A stretch of DNA of 64,000 bases from an uncultured Candidatus Saccharibacteria bacterium (GCA_964350645.1 CAYGJY010000001.1:208621-272620), one strand, 5' to 3'; positions 1 to 10,265 are shown, counted from the stretch's first letter. A program made the numbers and translations. The notes: generated by a model from the letters alone, not told the origin.

Positions 1-14
1 AGATAGTCAAATCA

Positions 15-215
15 ATGATTGGCTCTGTAATGGTTGGGATATTGGCCGCCTTAGCGATAAATACTCTTTTACTTCCACTAAGTATTTTTCAAATAGTTTC
101 TGTATTTAGAAACTCAAGAACTTACCATCGATGGATATTGTTACCAGCAGCATTTGTTGGACCGATATTTCTATGGCTTATCTATAGCAGCTTATCAAAT
201 GCTGTGTATATGTAA
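15..215 (+). CDS. hypothetical small membrane protein
   Basis: 66-aa ORF, hydrophobic; no recognisable motif. Confidence 0.3.
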   Translation: MIGSVMVGILAALAINTLLLPLSIFQIVSVFRNSRTYHRWILLPAAFVGPIFLWLIYSSLSNAVYM

Positions 216-249
216 CTGTAATTTTTTCAATATTTATCCAGTCTAGTGT

Positions 250-606
250 TTGAAATGCATCCAACTGGTGGAGCATTGTAAAGAAACGTCAAGTGAGAAA
301 TCGCTTGGCTTTTTTTGTTATACTGACGTTATGAATGAATTTATTATCCATGGGTGTGAGCAGGTATTACGATTTTCGTCAGTCGCCAATTGGGGCGACT
401 TGGCGGAAGACCGGCAAGTACAATTAGCTTTTAATATGGGAGTAGTGTCACTTGGCCTTAATCTAGCAAAAGAAGCCGGCTACGACTGGATTGCCGGAGC
501 GCGTGCTGGCACTGTTTCAATGCAAGCATTTCACGAGCATGTTCGGTCGCTTGTGATAACTTATGCAGTTTTAGTAAATGAAGAGAATGTACGCAAACCA
601 ATTTAG
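250..606 (+). CDS. hypothetical protein
   Basis: 118-aa ORF with a 30-nt spacer before the next gene; no motif recognised. Confidence 0.3.
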   Translation: MKCIQLVEHCKETSSEKSLGFFCYTDVMNEFIIHGCEQVLRFSSVANWGDLAEDRQVQLAFNMGVVSLGLNLAKEAGYDWIAGARAGTVSMQAFHEHVRSLVITYAVLVNEENVRKPI

Positions 607-639
607 TTTTCAAGAGTTTATTTAGTTTAATATATTTAT

Positions 640-1296
640 ATGATAGTTATAACTGGGGCAAGTGATGGGTTAGGATTGCAGGTGGCAAAATTATATAAAG
701 AAGCTGGTAAGACGGTGGTGAATATATCCCGAACAGAATGTGAGTACGCTGATGTGAATATTTGTTTGTCACTGCGCGAAGGATCAGAAATTAAAGAAGC
801 TGCAGAGCAGGTTTTAGCGCTCGAAGAACCATTGGAGGCGCTGATTAACTGTGCAGGAGTCTTGTCGATACAGAAATTAGGTGAGGTTACTGAAGATGAA
901 ATTAAGCGCCTCATGTCGACAAATATAAAACCGATGATTTTGCTAGTCTCTGGTATGGTTGGTCGTATCAGAAAAGACGAGACTGATATTGTAAATGTGG
1001 CATCAACTGTTGGACTAAAAGGGTACGTAGATCAAGCAGTGTACGGAGCCTCTAAGTGGGCAGTCAGAGGTTTTAGTAAAAATCTACAGGAAGAGTTCAA
1101 GGGAAGACCGAACCGTGTGATTAGTTTCTGTCCAGGTGGTTTTAAGAGTAAAATATTTGAGAAGGCAACCGGTACTGATATAACCGAAAATGAAGACCAG
1201 TGGATGCAAGCTGCAGATGTTGCTCTGGCACTGAAACAAACACTTGATCTGCCAAAAAACATGGAGGTGAGTGAGATTGTCATTAATCGTAAATAA
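640..1296 (+). CDS. short-chain dehydrogenase/reductase (SDR) family oxidoreductase
   Basis: N-terminal ITGASDGLG Rossmann motif and YGASK catalytic Yxxx K motif. Confidence 0.8.
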   Translation: MIVITGASDGLGLQVAKLYKEAGKTVVNISRTECEYADVNICLSLREGSEIKEAAEQVLALEEPLEALINCAGVLSIQKLGEVTEDEIKRLMSTNIKPMILLVSGMVGRIRKDETDIVNVASTVGLKGYVDQAVYGASKWAVRGFSKNLQEEFKGRPNRVISFCPGGFKSKIFEKATGTDITENEDQWMQAADVALALKQTLDLPKNMEVSEIVINRK

Positions 1297-1462
1297 AGAT
1301 TCTATTGTCTTGACCAGAAGATGAATAAAGAGGATTATTGATTGACAAAGGACAATATTGTGATATATTCTTAGGAATCAAATATGACTGGTTCTGAATC
1401 AAAGTCGAGTTTTGTAACTCAGTGTTAAGTGTTTGATATTAGAAACTAGTTTCACTATAGAA

Positions 1463-1663
1463 ATGCAAACAGGAAAAATCGCGAACATCAATGATCGTGG
1501 CTTCGGTTTCATCGCTCAAGAAGGGCAGGAGAAAGATCTTTTCTTCCACATGAACGAACTACAGAACGTTGAATTCGATGAGCTCCGAGAAGGAGACGAA
1601 GTTACCTTCGAAGTCGCACAAGGCGACAAAGGACCAAACGCTATCAAAGTTAGCAAGGTTTAA
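1463..1663 (+). CDS. cspA: cold-shock protein (CspA family)
   Basis: 66 aa, RGFGFI RNP motif; the longer ORF-track form (1433) has an unnatural leader. Confidence 0.85.
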   Translation: MQTGKIANINDRGFGFIAQEGQEKDLFFHMNELQNVEFDELREGDEVTFEVAQGDKGPNAIKVSKV

Positions 1664-1674
1664 GCCATCAAAAA

Positions 1675-1701
1675 CCCCTCGTCTTAGGACGAGGGGTTTT
1701 T
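1675..1701 (+). terminator. rho-independent terminator after csp
   Basis: cccctcgtc/gacgagggg stem followed by a TTTTT run. Confidence 0.8.
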
Positions 1702-1703
1702 GT

Positions 1704-2171
1704 ATGCCAGCTGACAGAAAAACTGCGACTTGGTACACTGTGTCTATGAGTGAGATACGCTATGAGTGGGCTCAGAGCAAAGAGTCTTTGGAGGTGATCG
1801 CAAACGATGCTGCCTATGAGTGGGAGCATAATCCCGAGTATTTTAGTGAGCTGCTGCACTTTAAGCGAGCGCTAGTGGCGTATGTTGGTGAGCAGCCAGT
1901 CGGGTATTTATTGTTTCAGGTTATTTGGGGAAATACTCCGTTCTTATCACAGGTTTGGATCCATGCATCAATGCAAGAAAAGGGGATTGGGCGGACAATG
2001 GTATCGATGCTGGAAGAGCGGCTTAAAACAGAAGGGTATAATTCACTAACTACGTCTAATGAGACTAAAAATACTGGAGCAATCCAGTTTGTTGAAAAGC
2101 TGGGCTTTGAAGAGATTGGCACATTGCAGATGGGTCACGGACCAGAGGTGTTTTCAATTAAGAAATTATAG
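1704..2171 (+). CDS. GNAT family N-acetyltransferase
   Basis: ATG at 1704 right after the csp terminator; acetyl-CoA-binding-like QEKGIGRTMV motif; the ORF-track 1569 start overlaps csp and is rejected. Confidence 0.7.
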   Translation: MPADRKTATWYTVSMSEIRYEWAQSKESLEVIANDAAYEWEHNPEYFSELLHFKRALVAYVGEQPVGYLLFQVIWGNTPFLSQVWIHASMQEKGIGRTMVSMLEERLKTEGYNSLTTSNETKNTGAIQFVEKLGFEEIGTLQMGHGPEVFSIKKL

Positions 2172-2173
2172 TC

Positions 2174-3037
2174 GTGCCTGAACTGCCAGAAGTAGAAACA
2201 GTACGGATTCAGCTGCGACGCAAAGTAGTCGGTAAGGTAATTAGTGGTGTGGAAGTATTTCATAATAAGACGGTGGGGTATGACGAGGCGATCGAAGATC
2301 GCCTCCTGCAGAAGGAGATCAGTGATATCGATCGGATCGGTAAGTTACTTATTTTTGGCTTCAAGGACGAAGACGATTTATTTTTATTGGCTCATCTGAA
2401 GATGACGGGGCAATTTTTTTATGTTGATGAGGAGGGTGATGTCAGTGGCGGCGGCCATTCCATGGCCGCCGCCGATCTTGACTTGCCAGGTCGACATACT
2501 CGCGTGACGTTTCATTTTACTGATAAGACGGCATTACATTTTAATGATATGCGCTTGTTTGGCTACGCCAAGTTGGCTGATGCCGCTGAGGTTGTGGGGG
2601 CACGGGCTGGCTTTGGTCCTGAGCCAATTGATCCTGAGTTTGATTGCACGTGGTTTTCAGATACGCTCCGCAAGAAAAATACGCCAGTAAAGGCCGCTCT
2701 GTTGAATCAAGCGTTTGTGGCCGGACTGGGCAATATTTATGTTGATGAAGCGCTCTGGCGGGCCAAAGTGCGCCCTATGCGTAAAGCTACTAAGGTTACG
2801 AAGTCAGAGGCGGCAGTGCTCTGCACTGCCGCCGGCGACGTCATGCGTGAATCAATTGAGGTCGGTGGTACCACCTTTCAGCACTTTAAAGACACTGGCG
2901 GGGAGAATGGTAATTTTACTGACTATCTAAAAGTGTTTGGTCAACAAGGAAAAGAGTGTTCACGCTGTGGAACTATTATCAAAAAAACCCGGTGTGCCGG
3001 GCGCGGGACGCATTATTGTCCAGGCTGTCAGAGTTAA
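2174..3037 (+). CDS. mutM: formamidopyrimidine-DNA glycosylase
   Basis: GTG start, N-terminal MPELPEVE, C-terminal CxxC-x-CPxCQ zinc finger. Confidence 0.85.
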   Translation: MPELPEVETVRIQLRRKVVGKVISGVEVFHNKTVGYDEAIEDRLLQKEISDIDRIGKLLIFGFKDEDDLFLLAHLKMTGQFFYVDEEGDVSGGGHSMAAADLDLPGRHTRVTFHFTDKTALHFNDMRLFGYAKLADAAEVVGARAGFGPEPIDPEFDCTWFSDTLRKKNTPVKAALLNQAFVAGLGNIYVDEALWRAKVRPMRKATKVTKSEAAVLCTAAGDVMRESIEVGGTTFQHFKDTGGENGNFTDYLKVFGQQGKECSRCGTIIKKTRCAGRGTHYCPGCQS

Positions 3038-3038
3038 T

Positions 3039-4388
3039 TCACTGACATTTTTTACCGACGTGATAGTGCATATAGAGTAGTGAGAGTATGGTTGCACTCC
3101 AGATAATGCCAAAGATACTCCACCACATTGCTGTAATGTGGTACTGAAGTACTACAACAAAGATATAAAATAGCGGTATCGGTAGGATGACTTGACGGAG
3201 TAGTCCAAGGACGAAAGGAAATGCTGGACGTTTAAGTCCACGCAAAACTGAATCTGTGACGAAAATAATTCCGTAAGCCCACGTCATTAGACCCGCGACG
3301 TATAAGTATTCTTTTCCAAAAGTAAGTACGGCTATATCGTCTGAAAAAAAGTTCATGACAAAACCTCCAGCGGTAAAAATAAGTAAGCTGGCGACTGTTG
3401 CAATTATCAGACTGTAGTGTAAACCAACCTTAACAATCTCTTTCACTCGGTCATATTTTTTAGCACCGTTATTTTGTCCGATAAGCGTGAGGACGGCAGT
3501 ATTGATACCAATTCCTGGGATTAAGACAATTTGTTCGACTCGTAGTGCTGCTCCATATCCAGCGACGGCAGCGCTGCCAAATGTACTAATAAAGTAGGTG
3601 ATAATAAATGAGCCAAGAGCAATCGTCATCATCGACAAACTAGCTGGTAATCCTTGCTCAGTAATGTCCCAGAAGAATTTTCGAATTGGATAAGTATGCT
3701 CCCGCAAATCAGCGAGAGATAGAATTTCTTTTTGATAGACACGGTAGGCAAGGTATATGACACCAATGGCATTGGTGCCAACAGTGGCTAGTGCGATTCC
3801 CATAACGCCAAGGGCTGGGAAGCCAAGCCAGCCAAAAGCAAACCAGGGACTAAACAATAGGTTAAGGAAGAAGCCAAGAATAAGGACATTACGGAAGGCT
3901 TTGGTGTCACCAATGGCGTTTAAAAGACCATTAAGTATAAAGGTCATGCTGAGGAAAATCGAACCAAAGAAAATTGGCTGCATGTAAGAGAGTGCAGTAG
4001 CTAGGTAGTCGCCTTCAGCGCCAAGGATTTTGAATAAGAAAGGGGAAGCCAAATAGCCTACGACAGATAAAAGTAGTGACATGATAATGCCGTAGGAGAT
4101 AGCTTGAGCGGCGTACTGACGGGCACCAATTTCGTCATCAGCCCCTAGTTGGTTCGACATTAGAGCAGTCACTCCGGTGCCAATTCCAGCAGATACAGCA
4201 ATAATGATAAAGAAGACCGGGAAGGAGATTGAGAGTGAAGCGAGTGATTCTGGTGATATCTGTCCGGCGATCCAGGTGTCGACTACGTTGTACATCGTGT
4301 TAAAGAAAAAGCCGATGGCAGCTGGAATAGCGAGCGCACGTAATAACTTTGGGATCGGTTCGGTTAACAGATGATGGTCGTGCGTCAT
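3039..4388 (-). CDS. MATE family efflux transporter
   Basis: 449 aa, 12-TM pattern, MATE N-terminal signature (ALAIPAAIG..., DTWIAGQIS). Confidence 0.8.
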   Translation of the reverse strand: MTHDHHLLTEPIPKLLRALAIPAAIGFFFNTMYNVVDTWIAGQISPESLASLSISFPVFFIIIAVSAGIGTGVTALMSNQLGADDEIGARQYAAQAISYGIIMSLLLSVVGYLASPFLFKILGAEGDYLATALSYMQPIFFGSIFLSMTFILNGLLNAIGDTKAFRNVLILGFFLNLLFSPWFAFGWLGFPALGVMGIALATVGTNAIGVIYLAYRVYQKEILSLADLREHTYPIRKFFWDITEQGLPASLSMMTIALGSFIITYFISTFGSAAVAGYGAALRVEQIVLIPGIGINTAVLTLIGQNNGAKKYDRVKEIVKVGLHYSLIIATVASLLIFTAGGFVMNFFSDDIAVLTFGKEYLYVAGLMTWAYGIIFVTDSVLRGLKRPAFPFVLGLLRQVILPIPLFYIFVVVLQYHITAMWWSIFGIIWSATILSLLYMHYHVGKKCQ

Positions 4389-4449
4389 GAAATGTCTTCA
4401 ACAATGAATCGTAGTATACTATAGAGGATTAACAATTAATCAATTCGTT

Positions 4450-4758
4450 ATGCTTACACTGTATTACAAACCAACCTGTCCTTTTTGTCAGCGAGTGTTG
4501 GGTGAAGCCGAAGATGTGGGAATTAAATTTAACTTAAAAGATATTGCTGCTGATGATGCGGTTGCTGCCGAACTGATAGAACGAGGGGGGAAGCGGATGG
4601 TACCATATCTAGTTGATGAAGACCGTGCTGTCGAAATGTACGAATCAGGCGATATTATTGATTATTTAAAAGAGCATTATCCAAACGGTTCTGGAGCAGA
4701 TACTCACAATGGTCTGCGAATTCATAAAAGCGACGAAGCGTGCGACACTTGCCAATAA
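4450..4758 (+). CDS. glutaredoxin-like protein
   Basis: CPFC active-site motif in a thioredoxin-fold-sized N-terminal domain. Confidence 0.6.
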   Translation: MLTLYYKPTCPFCQRVLGEAEDVGIKFNLKDIAADDAVAAELIERGGKRMVPYLVDEDRAVEMYESGDIIDYLKEHYPNGSGADTHNGLRIHKSDEACDTCQ

Positions 4759-4770
4759 TATTCACTATAT

Positions 4771-5136
4771 ATGTCATTTCCTACGATACAATTTAAATTT
4801 ACTAGTATTGATCAATCTGAAACACCACACGTGTTACTTGAAGATAAGTTTCAATCCCTCGGAAAATTTGTTGGTGAAGAAACTGACGTAAAGTGTGAAG
4901 TTGAATTTGAAAAAGTTACCAACAGCAAATCCGGCGAAGTTCATCGAGTCGAGGCTAACTTGTGGTTGCATGGCAAGATGTACCGGGCTGAAGCCACTGA
5001 AAACAGCTTTGAAGCAGCGACTGACGAAGTCCGCAATGAGCTCGATAAAGAATTGCGTCGCGCCAATGACAAGCGTCATAGTCTTATCAAGCGTGGCGGC
5101 CGAGCGATCAAGGAGATGCTTCGGTTTAGCAAGTAG
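4771..5136 (+). CDS. hpf: ribosome hibernation promoting factor (HPF/YfiA family)
   Basis: 121 aa; spacing and conserved pattern resemble YfiA/HPF (…VEANLWLHGKMYRAEATENSFEAATDEV…). Confidence 0.6.
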   Translation: MSFPTIQFKFTSIDQSETPHVLLEDKFQSLGKFVGEETDVKCEVEFEKVTNSKSGEVHRVEANLWLHGKMYRAEATENSFEAATDEVRNELDKELRRANDKRHSLIKRGGRAIKEMLRFSK

Positions 5137-5139
5137 CAT

Positions 5140-6075
5140 ATGGAACAGCCAAAGACACCCAAGGCAGCCACCAGGACCTTCTTAAATGATGCGAGATCTA
5201 GTATAGAGCCACAGATTGAGATTGACTTTGAAACGAGCAAGTCAGAGATGTACGCTCTGACGGCGTATTTTATTGAGCTTGCTATGGCTGATTTAGAAGC
5301 ATGGCAGGCAGCTAATCCGGGTATGGTGCAATATCGTGAAGTAACTCAGTATGATAGTGAAACAGATGAAATTAATACTTCACTACGTGTAACAAATGCC
5401 GCTGAATACTTAAATGAAACTGATACTGAAATCTTGCTGAAGAAAATTAGTAATGTCATTTGGGGATCGGTAGCAGATAGTGTACGAAAAGTAATGGAAA
5501 GTGCTGCAAATGAAACTTCAAACGACAATCCAGTCTTTAAGTACAAAGCCTATAGACGCCTCGCTCGTTTATTGGTCTCACGAGATGGGGGTCGCACTGA
5601 ATATGTCACAGACTTTATAGCTGACGCTGCTGCAGCCCCAGCTATGTCAATTCCGGCCGTATACTATGCTGGCTTACAAAAATTTAAACAAGCGTATGGT
5701 CACTATCCCACGTCTGATTCGGAGCTAGAGCAATTATCGCGCGCCCTAGAACCAGTTTTACTTCAAATTGCTCAGTTCAACAGAAAAGAGGTGGAGCTGC
5801 TAGCTGATCCGATCAGACCAGATGAGCCTACTGATCCACTGCGAGTGGACGGGTTGGTTGAATTAATTGAAATGCACCAAACTGATACTGGCTTTAGATT
5901 TACTGCTGAACGGACAAAAGATTTGATTAAGAATGCTGAGCCGAAATTAGTAGATGCGACTGTTGGGTGCCCATCACTGTATGCAATGCGCGATGGTAAA
6001 AATGTAGCTCGATTTTTATTTGAGTATGCTACGAGTTTGTTAAAGCAATCACCTTTATTTAAAAACGGGCAATAA
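5140..6075 (+). CDS. hypothetical protein
   Basis: 311-aa ORF, acidic; no motif recognised. Confidence 0.4.
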   Translation: MEQPKTPKAATRTFLNDARSSIEPQIEIDFETSKSEMYALTAYFIELAMADLEAWQAANPGMVQYREVTQYDSETDEINTSLRVTNAAEYLNETDTEILLKKISNVIWGSVADSVRKVMESAANETSNDNPVFKYKAYRRLARLLVSRDGGRTEYVTDFIADAAAAPAMSIPAVYYAGLQKFKQAYGHYPTSDSELEQLSRALEPVLLQIAQFNRKEVELLADPIRPDEPTDPLRVDGLVELIEMHQTDTGFRFTAERTKDLIKNAEPKLVDATVGCPSLYAMRDGKNVARFLFEYATSLLKQSPLFKNGQ

Positions 6076-6093
6076 TTTGAAATTAAACCTTCT

Positions 6094-6441
6094 ATGACTG
6101 AAGAACCGAGTTCTGAACCATCTGCACGACACGAACAGAATAAAATAAAACTTTCTACCATATATTCACTTGCAACAACTAAGTGGGGTAGCTTTCCTGT
6201 GGGTGAGCGGCAAGCGGCATTAAGTGAGGTCGGCAACTTTTCCTTTAACCAACTCTGTCAAAACATTTACTCTGATCTTGATTCAAGGTCAATGAGTGAG
6301 TTCCAAGATTATTTTGAACATTTATCACAAGATGCAAATGTTAAAAATGCTTTAGCAGCAGGTTTACAGCAAACGCACATATATTTAGCTTTTGCGCTGG
6401 TTATGGTGACAGAAGCAAAAGCTCGATACCATATTTATTAG
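6094..6441 (+). CDS. hypothetical protein
   Basis: 115-aa ORF. Confidence 0.3.
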   Translation: MTEEPSSEPSARHEQNKIKLSTIYSLATTKWGSFPVGERQAALSEVGNFSFNQLCQNIYSDLDSRSMSEFQDYFEHLSQDANVKNALAAGLQQTHIYLAFALVMVTEAKARYHIY

Positions 6442-6554
6442 AGCCAGCAGAAGACATAAAAGTTGCTTTTGAACTGCGTACTATTCATAGTGAGATTACA
6501 AGTAAAGGTATAGACCACGATGATTTTGAGTGGGAAAACCTCGAGTATATAAAG

Positions 6555-6827
6555 ATGGCTCATGAGATTTACGCTGACTTACAGTCTGAATTTGATAGTA
6601 AAATTAATGAAACTGATCCTGTTGACGTACCTGAAGATGGGCCGATCGGAGCTGACACTAGTCCGTTTGCAGGTTACTCAGTGTTTCAGTTACGCAATGT
6701 GATTGATGCCATTAGTCCCAATACTCCCGCGAAGACTTTGTTTTTACTTGAGGAATATTTGGCCACGAGCGTTGAGTCGCTGAGTAATACACTTGAAACT
6801 TACCGCCGGAGATCAACAGGCGATTAA
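6555..6827 (+). CDS. hypothetical protein
   Basis: 90-aa ORF; its reading frame is open upstream to 6345 (see noticed_but_rejected). Confidence 0.3.
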   Translation: MAHEIYADLQSEFDSKINETDPVDVPEDGPIGADTSPFAGYSVFQLRNVIDAISPNTPAKTLFLLEEYLATSVESLSNTLETYRRRSTGD

Positions 6828-6873
6828 TTACTAGGCCCACACAGGGAACAGGAATAGACCAATCTGCTTTACG

Positions 6874-7749
6874 CTACTGCCTCGCTACCCAGGTCTCAAA
6901 TGATGTTTCAGCCTTACCTTCAGGAATAATTTTTTCTATTACCAGACTTCCGTCTGAAGAAAGTGAAGCTTTAGTTATTTTGATGCGTTTGCCCTGGTGC
7001 ATAAAAAAGGTGCCGGGGAAGCCATCATAGGCGCGGATCTTGAGGAGGGTTTGGTAAGCCGTGTCACCAATTGGCAGGTTGTGAGGGTCTAGCTTTAGTT
7101 CACCGTCAGCTTTGGTCATTTTTTTGGTAAAGGTGGCCTGGTTGTGGTCTTGCTCCAGAGGGGTGATCTTGCCAGCTACCCAGAGTGGAATAGTGGCAGC
7201 TAAAAGCGCTCCACCCATGTGTGCTAAAGCAAGGTCAAGTTCTCGGCCTGGTATTGGCCAGTTTTCAGGAGTAATGTCCATCGGCATCTGCGCGACAATT
7301 GGGCCGTGATCCATCTTGGCATCAAGCTGCATGACGGTAACGCCGATAGTGTCTTTATCGTCAGCCAGAATTGCTTCCCGGATTGGATTACAGCCACGGT
7401 ATTTTGGCAGTAGTGAAGGATGAAGATTGAGGGTTTTATGGGTTGGTAGATCAAGAAGCCACTGGGGAAGAATGTGATTGTAGGCGACAACAACAAAAAG
7501 GTCATACTTGCTTAGCTTGACAGTGGCAGCCGACTGATCTTTCAGATCAGTCGGCTGCCACACATCGATACCATGTTCTTCCGCCCACTGTTTTACCGGA
7601 GGTGGCGTCAACTTGTTGCCGCGACCAGCCGGTCGGTCAGGATTGCAAACAATCAAACTAGGTACCAAGCCAACTGTCTTGAGTTCCTCAAGTGCCGGAA
7701 CCCCAAGTGGCTCACCGCCAAAATAGACAAAACGTAGATTATTCAACAT
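6874..7749 (-). CDS. fmt: methionyl-tRNA formyltransferase
   Basis: Formyltransferase N-terminus, NLHPSLLPKYRG motif; overlaps def in the conserved def-fmt arrangement. Confidence 0.85.
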   Translation of the reverse strand: MLNNLRFVYFGGEPLGVPALEELKTVGLVPSLIVCNPDRPAGRGNKLTPPPVKQWAEEHGIDVWQPTDLKDQSAATVKLSKYDLFVVVAYNHILPQWLLDLPTHKTLNLHPSLLPKYRGCNPIREAILADDKDTIGVTVMQLDAKMDHGPIVAQMPMDITPENWPIPGRELDLALAHMGGALLAATIPLWVAGKITPLEQDHNQATFTKKMTKADGELKLDPHNLPIGDTAYQTLLKIRAYDGFPGTFFMHQGKRIKITKASLSSDGSLVIEKIIPEGKAETSFETWVARQ

Positions 7750-8275
7750 CAGCTTCTTTTAGACTTTTATGTTTAAGTTCATCTTTGTGCCAAACTTTTT
7801 CGGCGCGGTCAGTAAAGAGGATGCCATCGAGATGATCGATTTCATGCTGGATGATTTGCGCTAAAAGACCGCCGGCGCCTCGCTCAAAGCTCGCGCCAGA
7901 CTCGTCGGTTGCGCGCATGGTGACGTTACGGTGTCGAAGAACTTCACCATAGTAGTCAGGGACTGATAAACAGCCTTCACCAACAACGTGTGATTTTTTT
8001 GATGATTTAGTGATGACTGGATTGATTGCGACCATAGTAGGAAGTGATTCGTCTCGGTCGCTACTTTGATCATTAATCAGGAAAAGTCGTTTACTTACAC
8101 CAATTTGTGGTGCAGCAATCGCTACCGCGACAAACCCGTCGACGTTGTAGGTTTTGAGGGCGGCTTTCATGTCTTTTACCAACTTAGCAACAAAACCACT
8201 CTCAATTTCTTCTTGAGTAATTTCTTCGGCAATCGAATGCAGGGCGGGGTGGTTTTCTGGGACTAAGGTAGCCAT
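7739..8275 (-). CDS. def: peptide deformylase
   Basis: GEGCLSVP and HEIDHLDG metal-binding motifs. Confidence 0.9.
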   Translation of the reverse strand: MATLVPENHPALHSIAEEITQEEIESGFVAKLVKDMKAALKTYNVDGFVAVAIAAPQIGVSKRLFLINDQSSDRDESLPTMVAINPVITKSSKKSHVVGEGCLSVPDYYGEVLRHRNVTMRATDESGASFERGAGGLLAQIIQHEIDHLDGILFTDRAEKVWHKDELKHKSLKEADVE

Positions 8276-8315
8276 AGGTCAACGTACTATAGCGTATTTG
8301 CTGGCAAAAATCACT

Positions 8316-10265
8316 CTAAATGATCCGGTCAGGATTGATCTCGATCTTGATTGACGGTGGCAGATTACGGAGAATATCGATGAGGCTTTTATCTGGCCAG
8401 GCTATTTTGGGTACGCGGATTAGACCGAAACGTTTGGTTTTTTGTACAAGTGATTGCGGTGCGGAATAAAACTTTGGTTTGTGGGCTGCCAATATTGTCG
8501 CTAGTTTTTCTTCAGTCACCATGACGCCGTCTTTGGTGTCTTGCCAGGATAACAAAACAAACGTGGAGAATGGTGGGTACGATAAGGATTCCCGGAGACT
8601 GAGTTCGTCATTATAAAATTGTTCCACTAGCCCTTGTGTTGCGTGCTCGATAAGTTGATCCGGTTCGGTACGCGTTTGCACGTAGACAGTTTCAGTGGTC
8701 TTTTCGCGAAGTTCTAAGAGAAGGCTAAAAAATTCCTCTTCAGCCCGCCAACTTGGTATAGCGCGGGCAGCATCATGTGAAGTTATTGCTGTCGTAGTAA
8801 CTGGTGAGTCAATGTACGGTAAGGCCATCTGGGTACCCAAGAGGATTGCACCACGCGTGTCATAAAATTTAGCCATCAGGACGCGAGCTTTTTTGATTGT
8901 TGTGGCAGTTGTATGGTCAAACAAAATAACTGGACACTCTGGCAAGAGGTGATGAAGTTCAGTGTGGATGTGCTGGATTCCAATACCTCGTTCGCGCAAT
9001 CGCCATGAACCGCAAGCAGTGCAGGTATCAGGAGCATGAATCCGTTTGCCTGATACTGGCGAGAGAAACCAACGTTGCTCCTCTCCGTTATGGGTGGTTT
9101 TAAATAATGAGTAGGGAGTACCAGAGTCAGGGCAGCGAAAAATATGTCCACAATCAATACAAACAACTACAGGAGCCAAACCACGACGGGCAGCATAGAT
9201 AAATGACTGGCCGCGGTTTTTGCTGGTAGTTGCAAGAGCGTTAGTTAGCTCATCGGAAAACAATGCGAACGGTTTTTCGGCCGAAGCGATGTTTTCTTGT
9301 TGGATGATCTGTAGTTTTGCAGTGAAGTTAATACGTTTCGGTTGCTCGGTTGTTGTGGCGTACAGTTCTTCACGTCGAAAGTATTCTTCTTCAGCGCGTG
9401 GCAAGAGATCGCCGAACGTGATAGTTCGATTCGTGACTTTAGCTAAAGTCTTCAGGACTTCACGATGGTCAAGATATGGCCGGTGACGGCTGTGGTAGTG
9501 CTTGTTACGTGATTCGTCCACAATGATGTGGGTGATGTCATGGCGATCAAGATACGCATGGGCAGGCGTGGTAATAATCAGTTTAGCGTTAGTGAGATCA
9601 TAGTATGAAGCGTAGGCAGCTTGGAGTTTTTTCTTAGTCAGGGTTGGAGAGAAGACGACTAGGCGTTTTTCGATGCCATGCGAAAGGGCTTCAACAGCAG
9701 CGTCAATATGTGCGCTGGTTGGTACTACAAATAACACCGAACCGCGATGCGCAAATACTTCACGGATCTTGCTGCGGTAAGCGATTAAGCGGTCAGCTTT
9801 GGTTGCTTCTAAAATATCGACTTCAGGTCGAATATCAGCGTGTGACACGGGCGTGGTGTATTGTACTTTTGTTTCACCTTCACGAACTTCAATTGGCAAT
9901 AAACTATATAAAATACTGCCAAGATGAGCTGGATAGAGTCGCTGGAGGGCTTTGGCCGTTTCGATGAGTGAAGGTGGTAAGGGGTTGGTTACCACTTGAT
10001 CAGGGAGTTTTTTGAGCGAGAAGGTAGCAGCGCGCACTGCCGTGCGCGCTGCAGACACCGGTGAGTTCTTCACTACAATTGCAGATACTGTTGATTTCCG
10101 TACGGGTACATCAAGAATTATTCCCGGGTCATAAGCCTTACTGGAATAATACGTGAGTGACTCAATGTTCGAGCCGCGCTTTAAGGGAATCACCTCAACA
10201 ATAAACATACCACCATGGTAGCAGAGTTTCTCTCTGGCAAAAAATCTCATAAAATAGCCCAACAT
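8316..10265 (-). CDS. priA: primosomal protein N' (PriA) homologue lacking Walker A and DEAH motifs
   Basis: Conserved priA-def-fmt position; Cys-rich zinc-binding region (CIDC…C…CTAC); colinear with PriA, but there is no GxxGxGK[ST] anywhere and DESR sits where DEEH is expected. Confidence 0.65.
   Translation of the reverse strand: MLGYFMRFFAREKLCYHGGMFIVEVIPLKRGSNIESLTYYSSKAYDPGIILDVPVRKSTVSAIVVKNSPVSAARTAVRAATFSLKKLPDQVVTNPLPPSLIETAKALQRLYPAHLGSILYSLLPIEVREGETKVQYTTPVSHADIRPEVDILEATKADRLIAYRSKIREVFAHRGSVLFVVPTSAHIDAAVEALSHGIEKRLVVFSPTLTKKKLQAAYASYYDLTNAKLIITTPAHAYLDRHDITHIIVDESRNKHYHSRHRPYLDHREVLKTLAKVTNRTITFGDLLPRAEEEYFRREELYATTTEQPKRINFTAKLQIIQQENIASAEKPFALFSDELTNALATTSKNRGQSFIYAARRGLAPVVVCIDCGHIFRCPDSGTPYSLFKTTHNGEEQRWFLSPVSGKRIHAPDTCTACGSWRLRERGIGIQHIHTELHHLLPECPVILFDHTTATTIKKARVLMAKFYDTRGAILLGTQMALPYIDSPVTTTAITSHDAARAIPSWRAEEEFFSLLLELREKTTETVYVQTRTEPDQLIEHATQGLVEQFYNDELSLRESLSYPPFSTFVLLSWQDTKDGVMVTEEKLATILAAHKPKFYSAPQSLVQKTKRFGLIRVPKIAWPDKSLIDILRNLPPSIKIEINPDRII

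Noticed and set aside
1569-1703. The long 200-aa form of the GNAT ORF, starting inside csp.
   Set aside because: The N-terminal 45 codons overlap the cold-shock gene and its terminator hairpin. The ATG at 1704 directly after the terminator gives a normal GNAT length.
6094-6827. Possible single gene split by a frameshift: the frame of the 6555..6827 ORF is open back to 6345, overlapping the 3' end of 6094..6441.
   Set aside because: There is no homology evidence linking the two products and no slippery site. An overlap of open frames can arise by chance in AT-rich sequence. Kept as two hypothetical ORFs.
8876-9486. The 96-aa antisense ORF and the 88-aa sense-strand ORF inside priA.
   Set aside because: They are fully embedded in a well-supported 649-aa gene, with no independent signals.
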